Shown piece after piece: positions 35,834 through 45,515 of a stretch of 64,000 nucleotides of DNA (within the stretch, counting starts at the first letter, position 1; every line of letters starts with the position of its first letter). The translations under genes were made by a program, and so were the position numbers. Below the pieces are notes generated by a model. It was not told the DNA's origin, searched no databases, and worked only from the letters and a program-made list of their open reading frames with translations. Origin of the DNA: Candidatus Saccharimonadales bacterium (lineage in GTDB: Bacteria > Patescibacteriota > Saccharimonadia > Saccharimonadales > UBA10212); NCBI GenBank assembly GCA_035717985.1, contig DASTHW010000016.1:1859-65858 (forward strand). The letters run 5' to 3'.

Positions 35834-37102
35834 ATGCCTAAATACGGCTTAGATCTACCTATCAATAAGGCTCGGCCCAAGGTGATGCATATCGACTTAA
35901 ATTCCTGCTTTGCCACCGTAGAACAGCAGGCTAGGCCACTACTGCGGGGCCGGCCGGTGGGCGTTACCAACCGCAAAACCAAAAACGCCTGCGTGGTGGC
36001 CGCCAGCTATGAGGCCAAGCGCCTGGGCGTACGTGTCGGCATGACATTTAGTGAAGCTCGCCTGCATGCACCGGATTTGATTTTGGTAGAAACCGACCCG
36101 CCGAAATATCACTACGTCTATCAAAAGCTGGTTAATATCATGAAGAGCTACTCGCCGGACATTACTATGAAAAGTATCGACGAAGGCATCATTAATTTCG
36201 CCGGCACTGAGCGTATTAATAAAAGACCGCTGACAGACATCGGCCGGGAAATTAAGCGGCGGCTAAAGGACGATGTGGGCAGTTGGATGACCTGTAATAT
36301 CGGCATTGCCCCCAACCGTTTTTTGGCCAAAACCGCCGCCTCCTTACATAAACCCGACGGGCTGGATCTTATTGACCACACCAACCTGCGCTCCCTGCTG
36401 GCCGGACTGGAACTAACTGATTTGACCGGTATTGCCAGCCGTAATGAAGCCCGCCTAAATTCAGCCGGCATTTACAGTGTAAGCCAGTTTTTGGACGCCC
36501 CAGCCGACCTCTTGCGCCAGCGGGTATTTAAAAGCGTTTGCGGCGAAGATTGGTATAAGCGTTTGCGGGGCTGGGAAGTGGACGATTTTGATACTAGCGT
36601 CAAAAGCGTTGGCCGCCAGTACGTGCTGGATGAATGGCGCCCCAGTGAAGAAACTCTGCGGGCCCGGCTTAGCTATTTATGCGAGACTACAGCCATGAAA
36701 CTGCGCTATAAAGGCCTTGCCGCCAGGGGCGTAATCTTGTCTTTACATTTTGCCGGCGGCGACTATTGGTACGAGCGCAAAATCTTCAATCAGCCCTTTT
36801 TTACTAATGCCGACGTATTAACCCGGGCTAGCCTGCTGTTTAACCGCCGCCCCAAAGACGACTGGGTAAGGCAAATGAGCATTGCCTGCTATAACTTAGT
36901 GCCATCTAATGCTAATCAGGTCAGCCTGCTGGAAGAAATCAACCGCGAAGCCTGGTTGACCACCGCCATGGATACTATCAATGGCCAGTTTGGCGAGTTT
37001 ACTATAACTCTAGCCGCCAGCCTGCCGGCCAAAGGCCTAGTCAAACAAAAGATACCGTTTGGCACTACCCGCTACTTTGAACTGCTGTGTAGTCATGCTT
37101 AG
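35834..37102 (+). CDS. dinB: DNA polymerase IV (Y-family)
   Basis: Contains HIDLNSCFATVEQ and MKSIDEGIINF. The start is set to the ATG at 35834, because the track start at 35753 overlaps the upstream ORF. Confidence 0.9.
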   Translation: MPKYGLDLPINKARPKVMHIDLNSCFATVEQQARPLLRGRPVGVTNRKTKNACVVAASYEAKRLGVRVGMTFSEARLHAPDLILVETDPPKYHYVYQKLVNIMKSYSPDITMKSIDEGIINFAGTERINKRPLTDIGREIKRRLKDDVGSWMTCNIGIAPNRFLAKTAASLHKPDGLDLIDHTNLRSLLAGLELTDLTGIASRNEARLNSAGIYSVSQFLDAPADLLRQRVFKSVCGEDWYKRLRGWEVDDFDTSVKSVGRQYVLDEWRPSEETLRARLSYLCETTAMKLRYKGLAARGVILSLHFAGGDYWYERKIFNQPFFTNADVLTRASLLFNRRPKDDWVRQMSIACYNLVPSNANQVSLLEEINREAWLTTAMDTINGQFGEFTITLAASLPAKGLVKQKIPFGTTRYFELLCSHA

Positions 37103-37298
37103 CGCCTAGGCCAACGCCACCTGAGCCGGTTGTCATCGAAATCTCGGCAGGTAGCCGAAAAAAAATAGTGTAGTAACAAAGTAGTCCAGCCTAAAAGCAC
37201 ATCACCAAAAAAGCTGTTATTACGGGAAGTAGTATTAAAGCTAAGATATCTTATTTTTTGTTTGTGCATTTTTTCAGCTTCAGAATAACATAATCGGA

Positions 37299-38600
37299 TT
37301 GAAAAAATATCTGTTACAACGGATAATAAGAGCATTCCAAAAGGCAGACATCCGGTGGGCAAATAAAATGCAAATTTTTCAAAAGAAAGCGGCCGAGCCG
37401 GCCGCGGCTAGCGGCGGCTCGGCCGTTACTAGCCAATTCTTAAAAGACGAGCACTCCAGCTCCTTTATTTTAGGCGCCATCGATGACGGCGTGGTTATTT
37501 TTGACCGCCAGAATATCATTCATTTATTTAACCGCGGGGCCGCCAATCTGCTGGGCTGGGCGGCCAACGAGGCCGTTGGCCAGGACTTTAATAAAGTAAT
37601 GCCCCTGTTTGACGCTAAAGGCACGGCCCTACCGCCAGAGCAAAACCCTTTTACCCAGGCCCTGGTAACCGGCCAGACGGTTAGAAACAACGACTGCGTG
37701 ATGAACTCTAAAAACGGACGCCAGATGGCCGTATCCATCACCGTCTCGCCCATCATCGAACAGGCCGATCGCTTGCCGCAAACAGCCGTAGCCGTTTTTC
37801 GCGATATTACCGTCCAAAAACAACAGGAACAGCAGAGGTCGGATTTTATCAGCACCGCCAGCCACGAAATGCGCACGCCGATTGCCGCCATCGAAGGCTA
37901 TTTATCACTGGTGCTAAACGAGAAAGTGACCAAGATTGACGACAACGCCAGAAAGTATTTGATGAAGGCTCAAGCCGCCACCAAGCACCTAGGTCAGTTG
38001 TTTGCCGACCTCTTAACCAGCTCTAAAGCCGATGATGGCCGCCTATCTAGTAATCCGGTGGTGATAGAAATTGGCGAACTATTAGGCCAAGTGGTTGAAG
38101 CCGAGCAGTTCCACGCCGAGCAAAGCAATCTTGAGCTCAAATATGTACTTAGCAATAATGACGTCGCCGGCGGGCACGTGGTACGGCCGATTTACTATGC
38201 CTTTGTTGACCCCACCCGTATGAACGAAGTTTTTCAAAATATTATTGATAACGCCATTAAGTACACGCCCCAGGGCTCGGTCACTGTAAGGCTAACGGGC
38301 GACCTGGAAACTATCCAGGTCCAGGTTCAAGACACTGGGCCGGGCATCCCATCAGAAGACATCCCGCACCTTTTTCAGAAGTTTTACCGGGTGGACAATT
38401 CAGCCACCAGGACAGTTGGCGGCACCGGCTTAGGACTCTATATATGTAAGATAATTGTTGAACTTTATAAGGGGCGCATTTGGGTCGAGAGCCAGCTAGG
38501 TAAGGGGAGCACCTTCTTCATCAATCTGCCGCGATTAACCACCGATAAGGCGCTGGAGCTTCAAAAGAATCAGGCCAGCGTAGTTAGCCCAACGGGGTAA
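37299..38600 (+). CDS. cytoplasmic PAS-domain sensor histidine kinase
   Basis: H-box FISTASHEMRTPI, N-box NIIDNAIKYTP, G1 DTGPGIP, G2 GGTGLGL. A PAS-like region precedes these and there is no TM segment. The ATG at 37368 is an alternative start. Confidence 0.85.
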   Translation: MKKYLLQRIIRAFQKADIRWANKMQIFQKKAAEPAAASGGSAVTSQFLKDEHSSSFILGAIDDGVVIFDRQNIIHLFNRGAANLLGWAANEAVGQDFNKVMPLFDAKGTALPPEQNPFTQALVTGQTVRNNDCVMNSKNGRQMAVSITVSPIIEQADRLPQTAVAVFRDITVQKQQEQQRSDFISTASHEMRTPIAAIEGYLSLVLNEKVTKIDDNARKYLMKAQAATKHLGQLFADLLTSSKADDGRLSSNPVVIEIGELLGQVVEAEQFHAEQSNLELKYVLSNNDVAGGHVVRPIYYAFVDPTRMNEVFQNIIDNAIKYTPQGSVTVRLTGDLETIQVQVQDTGPGIPSEDIPHLFQKFYRVDNSATRTVGGTGLGLYICKIIVELYKGRIWVESQLGKGSTFFINLPRLTTDKALELQKNQASVVSPTG

Positions 38601-38646
38601 TTGAAAATGAGCCGGCAGTGCTTTATAGTTAGCATAAGGATTATCA

Positions 38647-39471
38647 ATGCCTACTATTATTCCTAAAATTTTACTCGTCGAAGACGACAACAACCTGCGC
38701 GAAATTTTTGAAATGCGCCTGAAGGCCGAGGGCTACGACACCGTCACTGCCAGCGACGGTGAAGAAGCTCTAGTTACGGCTATGAAAGAAAAGCCGGACC
38801 TGATTATTGCCGACGTTATGATGCCTAAACTATCTGGTTTTGAAATGTTGGAGACACTTCGGGCTACCCCCGAAATGGCCGCCACCAAAACCATCATGAT
38901 GACGGCTCTTGGCCAGGCCGAGGATAGGGCTCGCGGTGAGCGGCTGGGCGTGATAAAGTATTTGGTGAAATCCCAAGTAACCTTGGAAGATTTCGTGCGT
39001 GTAGTCCGCGAGGTTATGGCGCCCTCATCAGAAGCGGCACCAGCTCCCGCTGTAAACAGCCCGGAGTCTAACCAAGCACAAAATAATAAAGAAAGCGAGG
39101 CCAAAGTGCCAGAAGATACATCAACTAACCCGCAGGCTGGGGACAACGCCAGCCAAGGTGTAAACCCAATGAGCGGCGCTCCTGCTGACGCTGGAGGCGA
39201 ATCAGCCGCCCAAGAACAAAGCGAGGTTCAAAGCCAAATTGATAATTTTGCGGCTAGCTCAAATGCTGGTGCCGCCGATGATACAGCGGCTCCCGCCGGT
39301 AGCGCTACAACTCCCGGCACCGATAGCGCCGCCCCGACAGGCGACTCCGGAACCGGCACAGACACAACCGGTCAGCCAGCCGTACCGCCGGTCACTCCAC
39401 CGGCCGATCCGGCTCCTCAGCCGCCAGCCGACTCAGGCCAGGCTCCAACCGACCAGGGCGGAACTATCTAA
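38647..39471 (+). CDS. response regulator receiver domain with long low-complexity Pro/Ala/Thr/Gly-rich tail (no DNA-binding domain seen)
   Basis: LLVEDD ... DLIIADVMMPKLSG ... KYLVK. The C-terminal roughly 150 aa are compositionally biased. Confidence 0.85.
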   Translation: MPTIIPKILLVEDDNNLREIFEMRLKAEGYDTVTASDGEEALVTAMKEKPDLIIADVMMPKLSGFEMLETLRATPEMAATKTIMMTALGQAEDRARGERLGVIKYLVKSQVTLEDFVRVVREVMAPSSEAAPAPAVNSPESNQAQNNKESEAKVPEDTSTNPQAGDNASQGVNPMSGAPADAGGESAAQEQSEVQSQIDNFAASSNAGAADDTAAPAGSATTPGTDSAAPTGDSGTGTDTTGQPAVPPVTPPADPAPQPPADSGQAPTDQGGTI

Positions 39472-39490
39472 ATAAAAGCGAAGTTCAACT

Positions 39491-39528
39491 AAAACGGGCG
39501 CGAAAGGGAAAACCCGGCGCCCGTTTTT
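39491..39528 (+). terminator. intrinsic terminator after the response regulator gene
   Basis: aaaacgggcgc, loop, gcgcccgttttt. Confidence 0.7.
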
Positions 39529-39558
39529 AAATAGTCTAATCAGGTTATAATACGGAAG

Positions 39559-40872
39559 ATGAATTCAAAGGCGCCGATCGTGGCCATTGTCGGGCGGGCC
39601 AACGTTGGTAAATCCAGCTTATTTAATGCTGTTTTAAATCGCCGGGAGGCCATAACAGCTGACGAGCCGGGAACTACCCGCGACTCAGTGATGGCCCGGA
39701 TAGACTGGGCTGGCAAGCAGTTCTGGTTATGCGACACAGCCGGCCTAAAACCAGCCGAAGATGATTTTGAGCTATCGATCCAAAGCCAAATCAGTGAGGC
39801 CGTCGCCTCGGCTGATTTAATTATGGTTGTCATTGAGGCCGATGTGCCGATAACCGAGGAGGATCGCCGGGTGGCCAAAATGGCCCTTAAAAGCACTAAG
39901 CCGGTCGTATTAGTAGTCAATAAAATTGATAAAGACCGCCGGGTAGACCTAGGCCAGTTCCGCCGGCTGGGTATTAAAGACATTTTAACCGCCAGTGCCA
40001 CCCAGAAAACCGGCATTCCTAATCTGTTAGATAATCTGGCCGGTAGCTTGCCGGCCGGCCAAATCAATGAAGCGGCTGACCGCTTAAAAATTGCCATTTT
40101 GGGCCGGCCAAATGTTGGCAAGTCATCGCTATTTAATAATTTAGCTAAAAAACAGCAGGCCATTACCGCTAGCCGGGCCGGCACTACCCGTGATGTGAAC
40201 CGCCTGATACTGCGCTATAAGGGCCGTGAACTAGAGATTATGGATACGGCCGGCATTCGCCGTAGCGGCAAGATAGAGCAGGGGGTTGAGCAATTTAGCG
40301 TTATGAGGTCCTTAGCGGCCATAGAGGAGGCTGACATCTGCCTAGTTTTAATGGACGCCGGCGAGTTAAATGTACAGCTGGATCAAAAAATAGCCGGCCT
40401 AGTCAAAGACGCCGGCAAAGGCTTAATTTTAGTGGTTAGTAAATGGGACAGCCTCGATAAAGAGTCTACAAACCAAGGCGCCATTACCGGCAGAATAGCT
40501 GACGAGTTTGCCTTCGTGCCTTGGGCGCCGCTGGTACTAACCAGCTCTGTTACCGGCCAAAACGTCACTAAGATTTTTGAATTGGCGCTGGAGATAGACG
40601 CGGCCAGGCGCCTGCGGATTCAAACGGCCCAACTAAATTCATGGCTAGGCGAAGTCACCCGCGAACATCCGCCGGCTGGCCTAAAAAACCGTTCACCCAA
40701 GCTTAACTATATGGTTCAAGAGGATGATCAATCCTTTCCCAACTTTAAAATTTTTGGCGCCCATACCAAATTTTTACACTGGAGCTATAAACGCTATTTA
40801 GAGCGAAAATTTCGCGAGCAGTGGCCACTTGCCGGTACGCCGATAAAGTTCTGGTTTATCGAAAAGCACTAG
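39559..40872 (+). CDS. der: ribosome-associated GTPase Der (EngA)
   Basis: Two tandem G domains (GRANVGKSSLFN and GRPNVGKSSLFN, with DTAG twice) and a KH-like C-terminus. Confidence 0.95.
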   Translation: MNSKAPIVAIVGRANVGKSSLFNAVLNRREAITADEPGTTRDSVMARIDWAGKQFWLCDTAGLKPAEDDFELSIQSQISEAVASADLIMVVIEADVPITEEDRRVAKMALKSTKPVVLVVNKIDKDRRVDLGQFRRLGIKDILTASATQKTGIPNLLDNLAGSLPAGQINEAADRLKIAILGRPNVGKSSLFNNLAKKQQAITASRAGTTRDVNRLILRYKGRELEIMDTAGIRRSGKIEQGVEQFSVMRSLAAIEEADICLVLMDAGELNVQLDQKIAGLVKDAGKGLILVVSKWDSLDKESTNQGAITGRIADEFAFVPWAPLVLTSSVTGQNVTKIFELALEIDAARRLRIQTAQLNSWLGEVTREHPPAGLKNRSPKLNYMVQEDDQSFPNFKIFGAHTKFLHWSYKRYLERKFREQWPLAGTPIKFWFIEKH

Positions 40873-40928
40873 GCCGCCTGCCGGCGAAGGCAATGGACTT
40901 TTAACGGCTTCTGGCTTTAGACTTCTTT

Positions 40929-41564
40929 ATGGCTTTATTTCAGAAAAAACCGGTAACCAGCTCCAGCCTGCCGCTTTACACGGTGGGAGCCAATAAAACG
41001 GTGCTTATTATCGGCCTTGGCAATATTGGCGATAAATATAAAAACACCCGCCATAACGTAGGCTTTATGGTACTTGATGATTTTGCTAAACGTAATGATT
41101 TTCCGGCGTGGACAAATAAAAAAGATCTGTACTGCCAACTCACTAACCAGCAGATGGGGCAGGCTAACGTTATTCTCTGTAAGCCAACGACACTAGTTAA
41201 TAACAGCGGCCAGGCGGCGAGTGCCGTCCAGCGCTTTTATAGGATTTATAACCAGACTACGCTGGCAGTTTATGACGAGCTGGCTATTCCATTTGCCAGC
41301 TTGCGCACTCGGCGGGGCGGCTCAGACGCCGGCCATAACGGCATTAAGTCACTAATCGCTCATATCGGTGGTGATTTTGGCCGGCTCCGCATTGGTATCG
41401 CCAGCGAGCAAGCAGGAAAATCGAAGGCGGCTGATTTTGTGCTGGCCAAATTTTCCAAAGACGAATTAGATAAGCTACCAGCCGTCATTAAAGAAGCAGG
41501 GGTCCTGCTGACCGAGTACATTTTCGGCGGCGAACTGAACCACGAGACCCGTAGCACTCTATGA
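40929..41564 (+). CDS. pth: peptidyl-tRNA hydrolase
   Basis: LIIGLGNIGDKYKNTRHNVGF and GHNGIKS. It carries an N-terminal extension of about 20 aa. Confidence 0.9.
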   Translation: MALFQKKPVTSSSLPLYTVGANKTVLIIGLGNIGDKYKNTRHNVGFMVLDDFAKRNDFPAWTNKKDLYCQLTNQQMGQANVILCKPTTLVNNSGQAASAVQRFYRIYNQTTLAVYDELAIPFASLRTRRGGSDAGHNGIKSLIAHIGGDFGRLRIGIASEQAGKSKAADFVLAKFSKDELDKLPAVIKEAGVLLTEYIFGGELNHETRSTL

Positions 41565-41615
41565 AGCGCTAACGCAAAAGAGCCATTAGGGCATTCTAAA
41601 AGACAGCAAGAAACT

Positions 41616-42069
41616 AAAAAGACTTCCGGAGGGGGTGGGCACCGCCGGAAGCCTTTTCAGGGGACGATCCGCCAGCCGGCGTATCATCCCTTAAATACAC
41701 CCTTCAACCCACCTTAAGCGAAGCTGTCCGGAGGCTCATTTGAGCTGGTTCCGCGCCGGTCATAAAGGACCATCTTTTACGACTCGCCGACCCACATTGA
41801 TCGGGGTCCCCATAACCTAGCGAAGCTAGGTTATGGGGGCGTAAGTTAAAGGGGTTAGTTTGTTTAAGAGTCTTGCACCACAGCTCACTGGTTTTTGGCG
41901 ATTGCCGACTTAGCAATAGCTATTTATACTAAAACCAGTCAGACGCGGCGCAAGATGCCGGCCATAAGTGGAGGGTAAACAACTTAATGAGCCGGTCCTC
42001 TTAAACAATCTAACTAAAAGTTAGAATAGGGGGTATAAGGTACGTAAGTACATGAAACTGTACTTACAA
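41616..42069 (-). ncRNA. roughly 450-nt highly structured non-coding RNA of unresolved class (RNase P RNA is one candidate); strand inferred from promoter and terminator
   Basis: 555-bp gene-free gap. Minus-strand promoter TTGACA-17-TAAAAT (42104-42076). Terminator stem 41623-41629/41645-41651, followed on the minus strand by UCUUUUU. Perfect 14-bp hairpin at 41808-41838. A 9-bp helix pairs 41887-41895 with 41931-41939. A terminal helix pairs 41686-41703 with 42025-42040. Three helices have G-U pairs on the minus strand that become A-C mismatches on the plus strand. Confidence 0.5.
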
Positions 42070-42075
42070 GTTGCG

Positions 42076-42104
42076 ATTTTAGCAAAAAAGTGTCTTGGTG
42101 TCAA
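42076..42104 (-). promoter_or_regulatory. sigma-70-type promoter driving the minus-strand ncRNA
   Basis: Read on the reverse strand: TTGACA (42104-42099), a 17-nt spacer, then TAAAAT (42081-42076). Confidence 0.5.
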
Positions 42105-42119
42105 CACTAGAAAATATTT

Positions 42120-42983
42120 ATGACAAAAGTCAATAGCCTTAAGCGAAATAGCCCTAACTATCCTGAAATTTTAAAGCACATCGATCCGCCGCCGAAACAG
42201 CTTTATTTTAGCGGCTTGGCGCCGGAAACCTGGCTGGGCCGGCCAAAAGTAGCCATCGTCGGTAGTCGAAAGGCCACGGCTTACGGGCTGGGCGTTACGG
42301 ATCAGCTGGCCGGCACTCTTGCCAAGCAGGGCATTGTCATTATTAGCGGACTGGCTTACGGCATCGATAAAGCGGCCCACCAGGCGGCTATGGCGGCCGG
42401 CGGGCTCACCGTGGCTGTTCTGCCAACCAGCCTGCAATCAATCTATCCGGCTGGCCACCTAAACCTGGCAGTTCAGGTAGCTGGGCAGGGTACCCTGATT
42501 AGCGAATACGGGCCGAACGACCCTGTCTATAAATTAAACTTCACTCAGCGTAACCGGATAATTAGCGGTCTAGCCGACGTCGTGATTATAACCGAGGCGG
42601 CTGTCAAAAGCGGTAGCCTAGTGACTGCCCGGTTCGCCCTAGAGCAAGGTAAAACGGTCATGGCTGTACCGGGAAATATAAATAGCGAGAACAGCCAAGG
42701 GGCCAACAACCTCATTAAAAGCGGCGCCGTGCCGGTAACTGAGGCCGGTGATGTTTTATTTGCCCTTAATATAAGGCCGTCAAAGACCAGGGCTAAGCAG
42801 ACTTTCAAGGGCAGTGCCGACGAAGAAAGAGTTTTAAAAATGATAATCGACGGCGTTAACGACCAAGAAGAGCTGGCGCTAAAAGCTCAATTAGACGGTG
42901 GCCAGACATCAGCAATCTTGACTAGTCTAGAAATCACCGGGCACATCCGGCCGGCCGGTAGCGGCCGGTGGGTCTCATCCTAA
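42120..42983 (+). CDS. dprA: DNA-processing protein DprA (Smf)
   Basis: VAIVGSRKATAYG and IISGLAYGIDKAAHQAA, with a winged-helix-like C-terminus. Confidence 0.9.
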   Translation: MTKVNSLKRNSPNYPEILKHIDPPPKQLYFSGLAPETWLGRPKVAIVGSRKATAYGLGVTDQLAGTLAKQGIVIISGLAYGIDKAAHQAAMAAGGLTVAVLPTSLQSIYPAGHLNLAVQVAGQGTLISEYGPNDPVYKLNFTQRNRIISGLADVVIITEAAVKSGSLVTARFALEQGKTVMAVPGNINSENSQGANNLIKSGAVPVTEAGDVLFALNIRPSKTRAKQTFKGSADEERVLKMIIDGVNDQEELALKAQLDGGQTSAILTSLEITGHIRPAGSGRWVSS

Positions 42984-43058
42984 AAAAGTTAACGAACAGC
43001 AGTTAGTGAAAAAGCCGTTTGCATATATTAAGCTCGACTTTTAAACTTGAAGGCTAGT

Positions 43059-45344
43059 ATGGCAAAAAACCTTGTGATTGTGGAAAGCCCAGCCAAAGCC
43101 AAAACTATTGCCCGCTATCTAGGTGAAGATTTCGAGGTTAAAAGTAGTTTCGGCCACATCCGCGACTTACCTAAAAAAGACCTGGGTGTTGATATTAATA
43201 ATAATTTCCAGCCCACTTATCAAATTAGCCCTGATAAAAAGAAGGTGGTATCCGAGCTAAAGAAGGCGGCCGCCGGCCACACCGTCTGGCTGGCGAGCGA
43301 TGAAGACCGCGAAGGCGAAGCCATTGCCTGGCATATCTGTGCGGCTCTAGGACTAGACCCCCAAACAACCAATCGAATCGTTTTTCATGAGATTACCAAG
43401 CCGGCTATCGAGAAAGCCGTAGCCAATCCCCGGCACGTTGATAAACAGTTGGTTAATGCCCAGCAATCACGCCGAGTGCTGGATAGGCTGGTTGGTTATG
43501 AACTTAGCCCAATTTTGTGGCGCAAAATCCGCACCGGCCTGTCAGCAGGGCGGGTTCAGAGCGCGGCCGTCCGCTTAACAGTCGAGAGGGAACGCGAAAT
43601 CCGCGACTATCAGCCAGAGATAAACTTTAAAGTATCAGCCGATTTTACGGCCAGCGGCCAAAGCCTGCCAGCCGAGCTAGACCGGCGCCCAGCCGGGGCC
43701 GAGCAGGCCAAAGAGCTTTTAGAATATTTAGCTAAAGCAGACTTTACGGTCGCCGGCGTAGACCAAAAGCCGGGAACCAGAAGTCCCAGCCCGCCGTTTA
43801 CTACCAGCACCCTGCAACAAGAAGCCTCCCGCCGGCTAGGCTTTAGCGTCCGTCAGACTATGGTGCTGGCTCAAAGGCTCTATGAAAACGGCCATATTAC
43901 TTATATGCGTACTGACAGCACAATTTTATCTTCTTTAGCCATCAGTGCCGCCGGGACCTTAATTAAACAGAAATACGGCGCAAATTATGCTCAAAACCGG
44001 CAATATAAGACTAAAAGTCAGTCAGCGCAGGAAGCTCACGAGGCCATTCGGCCGACTAATTTTTCGCTCGAGTCCGCCGGCGCCGACGACGGTCAAAAAA
44101 AGCTCTATCAGCTAATTTGGCGGCGGGCGCTGGCTAGCCAAATGGCGCCGGCGGCCATCCAGCGCACCCTGGTTATGATTGATATCTCCGGCCGGCCGGA
44201 AAAGTTCACGGCCTCCGGAGAGGTTTTAACCTTCGATGGCTTTTTAAAGGTTTACGGCGGCGGCAAAGACGACGTTATTTTACCGGCCATAAAGGTTGGC
44301 GACCACTTAGAGCTAAAAAGGGCTCAAGCACTGGAAACCTATTCTAAGCCGCCGGCCCGTTATAGCGAGGCTTCTCTGGTCAGACAGCTAGAACAGCTGG
44401 GCATCGGTCGGCCCAGTACTTATGCCCCGACCATTGGCACTATTCAGGACCGCGGCTACGTTGAGAAAAAAGACGTTGAGGGCCAGCCCCGTGAATTGAA
44501 AGAAGTAGTCTTAGCCGACGGCAAGGTAACAGAAAGCGTTCAAACTGTAGTCGCCGGCGCCGACAGATCAAAACTCCAGCCGACGCCGCTAGCAGAAGTG
44601 GTGACAGACTTTTTAATAAAATACTTCAGCGACATTTTAAATTATGATTTTACAGCTCGAGCCGAAGCTCAACTTGATGAAGTAGCCGACGGCAAATTAG
44701 CCTGGCAGACCATGCTCAAAGAGTTCTACGATAAATTTCACCCACTGGTCGAAAAGTCAGCTAAGGCTGATCGGGCTGAAGCCGCCCAGGCCCGGACGCT
44801 GGGCACTGACCCCAAGACCGGCAAGCCGGTTATCGCTCGTTACGGGCGCTACGGGCCTATGCTTCAGCTTGGCGAGGCGGCCGACAAGGATGATCCAAAA
44901 CCAGATTTCGCCCCCCTGCCGCAAGGCGCTAGTCTGGATGATGTCACTCTAGAACAGGCCCTGCCGATGTTCGATCTACCCAGAAAAGTCGGCCAAACCG
45001 AGGAGGGCGAAGAGATTTTAGCTAACATCGGCCGCTATGGACCTTACCTAAAAGTGGGTAAAAGATCGGTCAGCATTAAGGGCCAGGATCCCCTCACTAT
45101 TACTGAAGCTGTAGCCCGTCAGACGATAGCCGAAAATGCGAAGGCTAAGGCCAATCGGGTAATTGCCGACTTTGGCGCCGTTAAAATTTTGCGCGGTCCA
45201 TATGGTCCTTATGTCACCGATGGTAAAACCAACGCTCGGATACCTAAAAAACAAAATCCCGAAGAGTTAGACGAGCAGGCGGCCAAAGATTTACTGGCTA
45301 GAAAACCGGCCCGCCGGGGTTCGCGCGCCAAAAAGCTTAATTAA
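43059..45344 (+). CDS. topA: DNA topoisomerase I
   Basis: TOPRIM domain LVIVESPAKAKTI, active-site ITYMRTDS. The C-terminus has three GxxGPY repeats and no Cys4 zinc ribbons. The ATG at 43059 is preferred over the TTG at 43047. Confidence 0.95.
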   Translation: MAKNLVIVESPAKAKTIARYLGEDFEVKSSFGHIRDLPKKDLGVDINNNFQPTYQISPDKKKVVSELKKAAAGHTVWLASDEDREGEAIAWHICAALGLDPQTTNRIVFHEITKPAIEKAVANPRHVDKQLVNAQQSRRVLDRLVGYELSPILWRKIRTGLSAGRVQSAAVRLTVEREREIRDYQPEINFKVSADFTASGQSLPAELDRRPAGAEQAKELLEYLAKADFTVAGVDQKPGTRSPSPPFTTSTLQQEASRRLGFSVRQTMVLAQRLYENGHITYMRTDSTILSSLAISAAGTLIKQKYGANYAQNRQYKTKSQSAQEAHEAIRPTNFSLESAGADDGQKKLYQLIWRRALASQMAPAAIQRTLVMIDISGRPEKFTASGEVLTFDGFLKVYGGGKDDVILPAIKVGDHLELKRAQALETYSKPPARYSEASLVRQLEQLGIGRPSTYAPTIGTIQDRGYVEKKDVEGQPRELKEVVLADGKVTESVQTVVAGADRSKLQPTPLAEVVTDFLIKYFSDILNYDFTARAEAQLDEVADGKLAWQTMLKEFYDKFHPLVEKSAKADRAEAAQARTLGTDPKTGKPVIARYGRYGPMLQLGEAADKDDPKPDFAPLPQGASLDDVTLEQALPMFDLPRKVGQTEEGEEILANIGRYGPYLKVGKRSVSIKGQDPLTITEAVARQTIAENAKAKANRVIADFGAVKILRGPYGPYVTDGKTNARIPKKQNPEELDEQAAKDLLARKPARRGSRAKKLN

Positions 45345-45449
45345 ATCAGCTTTTTAGCTATTTACACTTATATTTCATAAGTGGCTATCATTAATATTTA
45401 GTGCGCAGGCGTCGAATTAGTGATAAAATAAATTTAGCGTGAGGGGAGC

Positions 45450-45478
45450 TTGACTTTTAAAAATTAACGTTTTATAAT
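45450..45478 (+). promoter_or_regulatory. near-consensus sigma-70 promoter upstream of the sigma-region-4/HARE-HTH gene
   Basis: TTGACT (45450-45455), a 17-nt spacer, then TATAAT (45473-45478). The -10 element is flanked by two AACGTT hexamers. Confidence 0.6.
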
Positions 45479-45515
45479 AACGTTATTGTTTTAATAACTT
45501 AAGGAAGTTAATTTA

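Noticed and set aside
37099-37362. 87-aa minus-strand ORF between dinB and the histidine kinase.
   Set aside because: It has no SD and overlaps the 5' end of the kinase ORF. Its composition is not protein-like.
41704-41916. 70-aa minus-strand ORF (TTG start) inside the pth-dprA gap.
   Set aside because: It has no SD and odd composition, and it is built across the perfect hairpins of the structured RNA locus.
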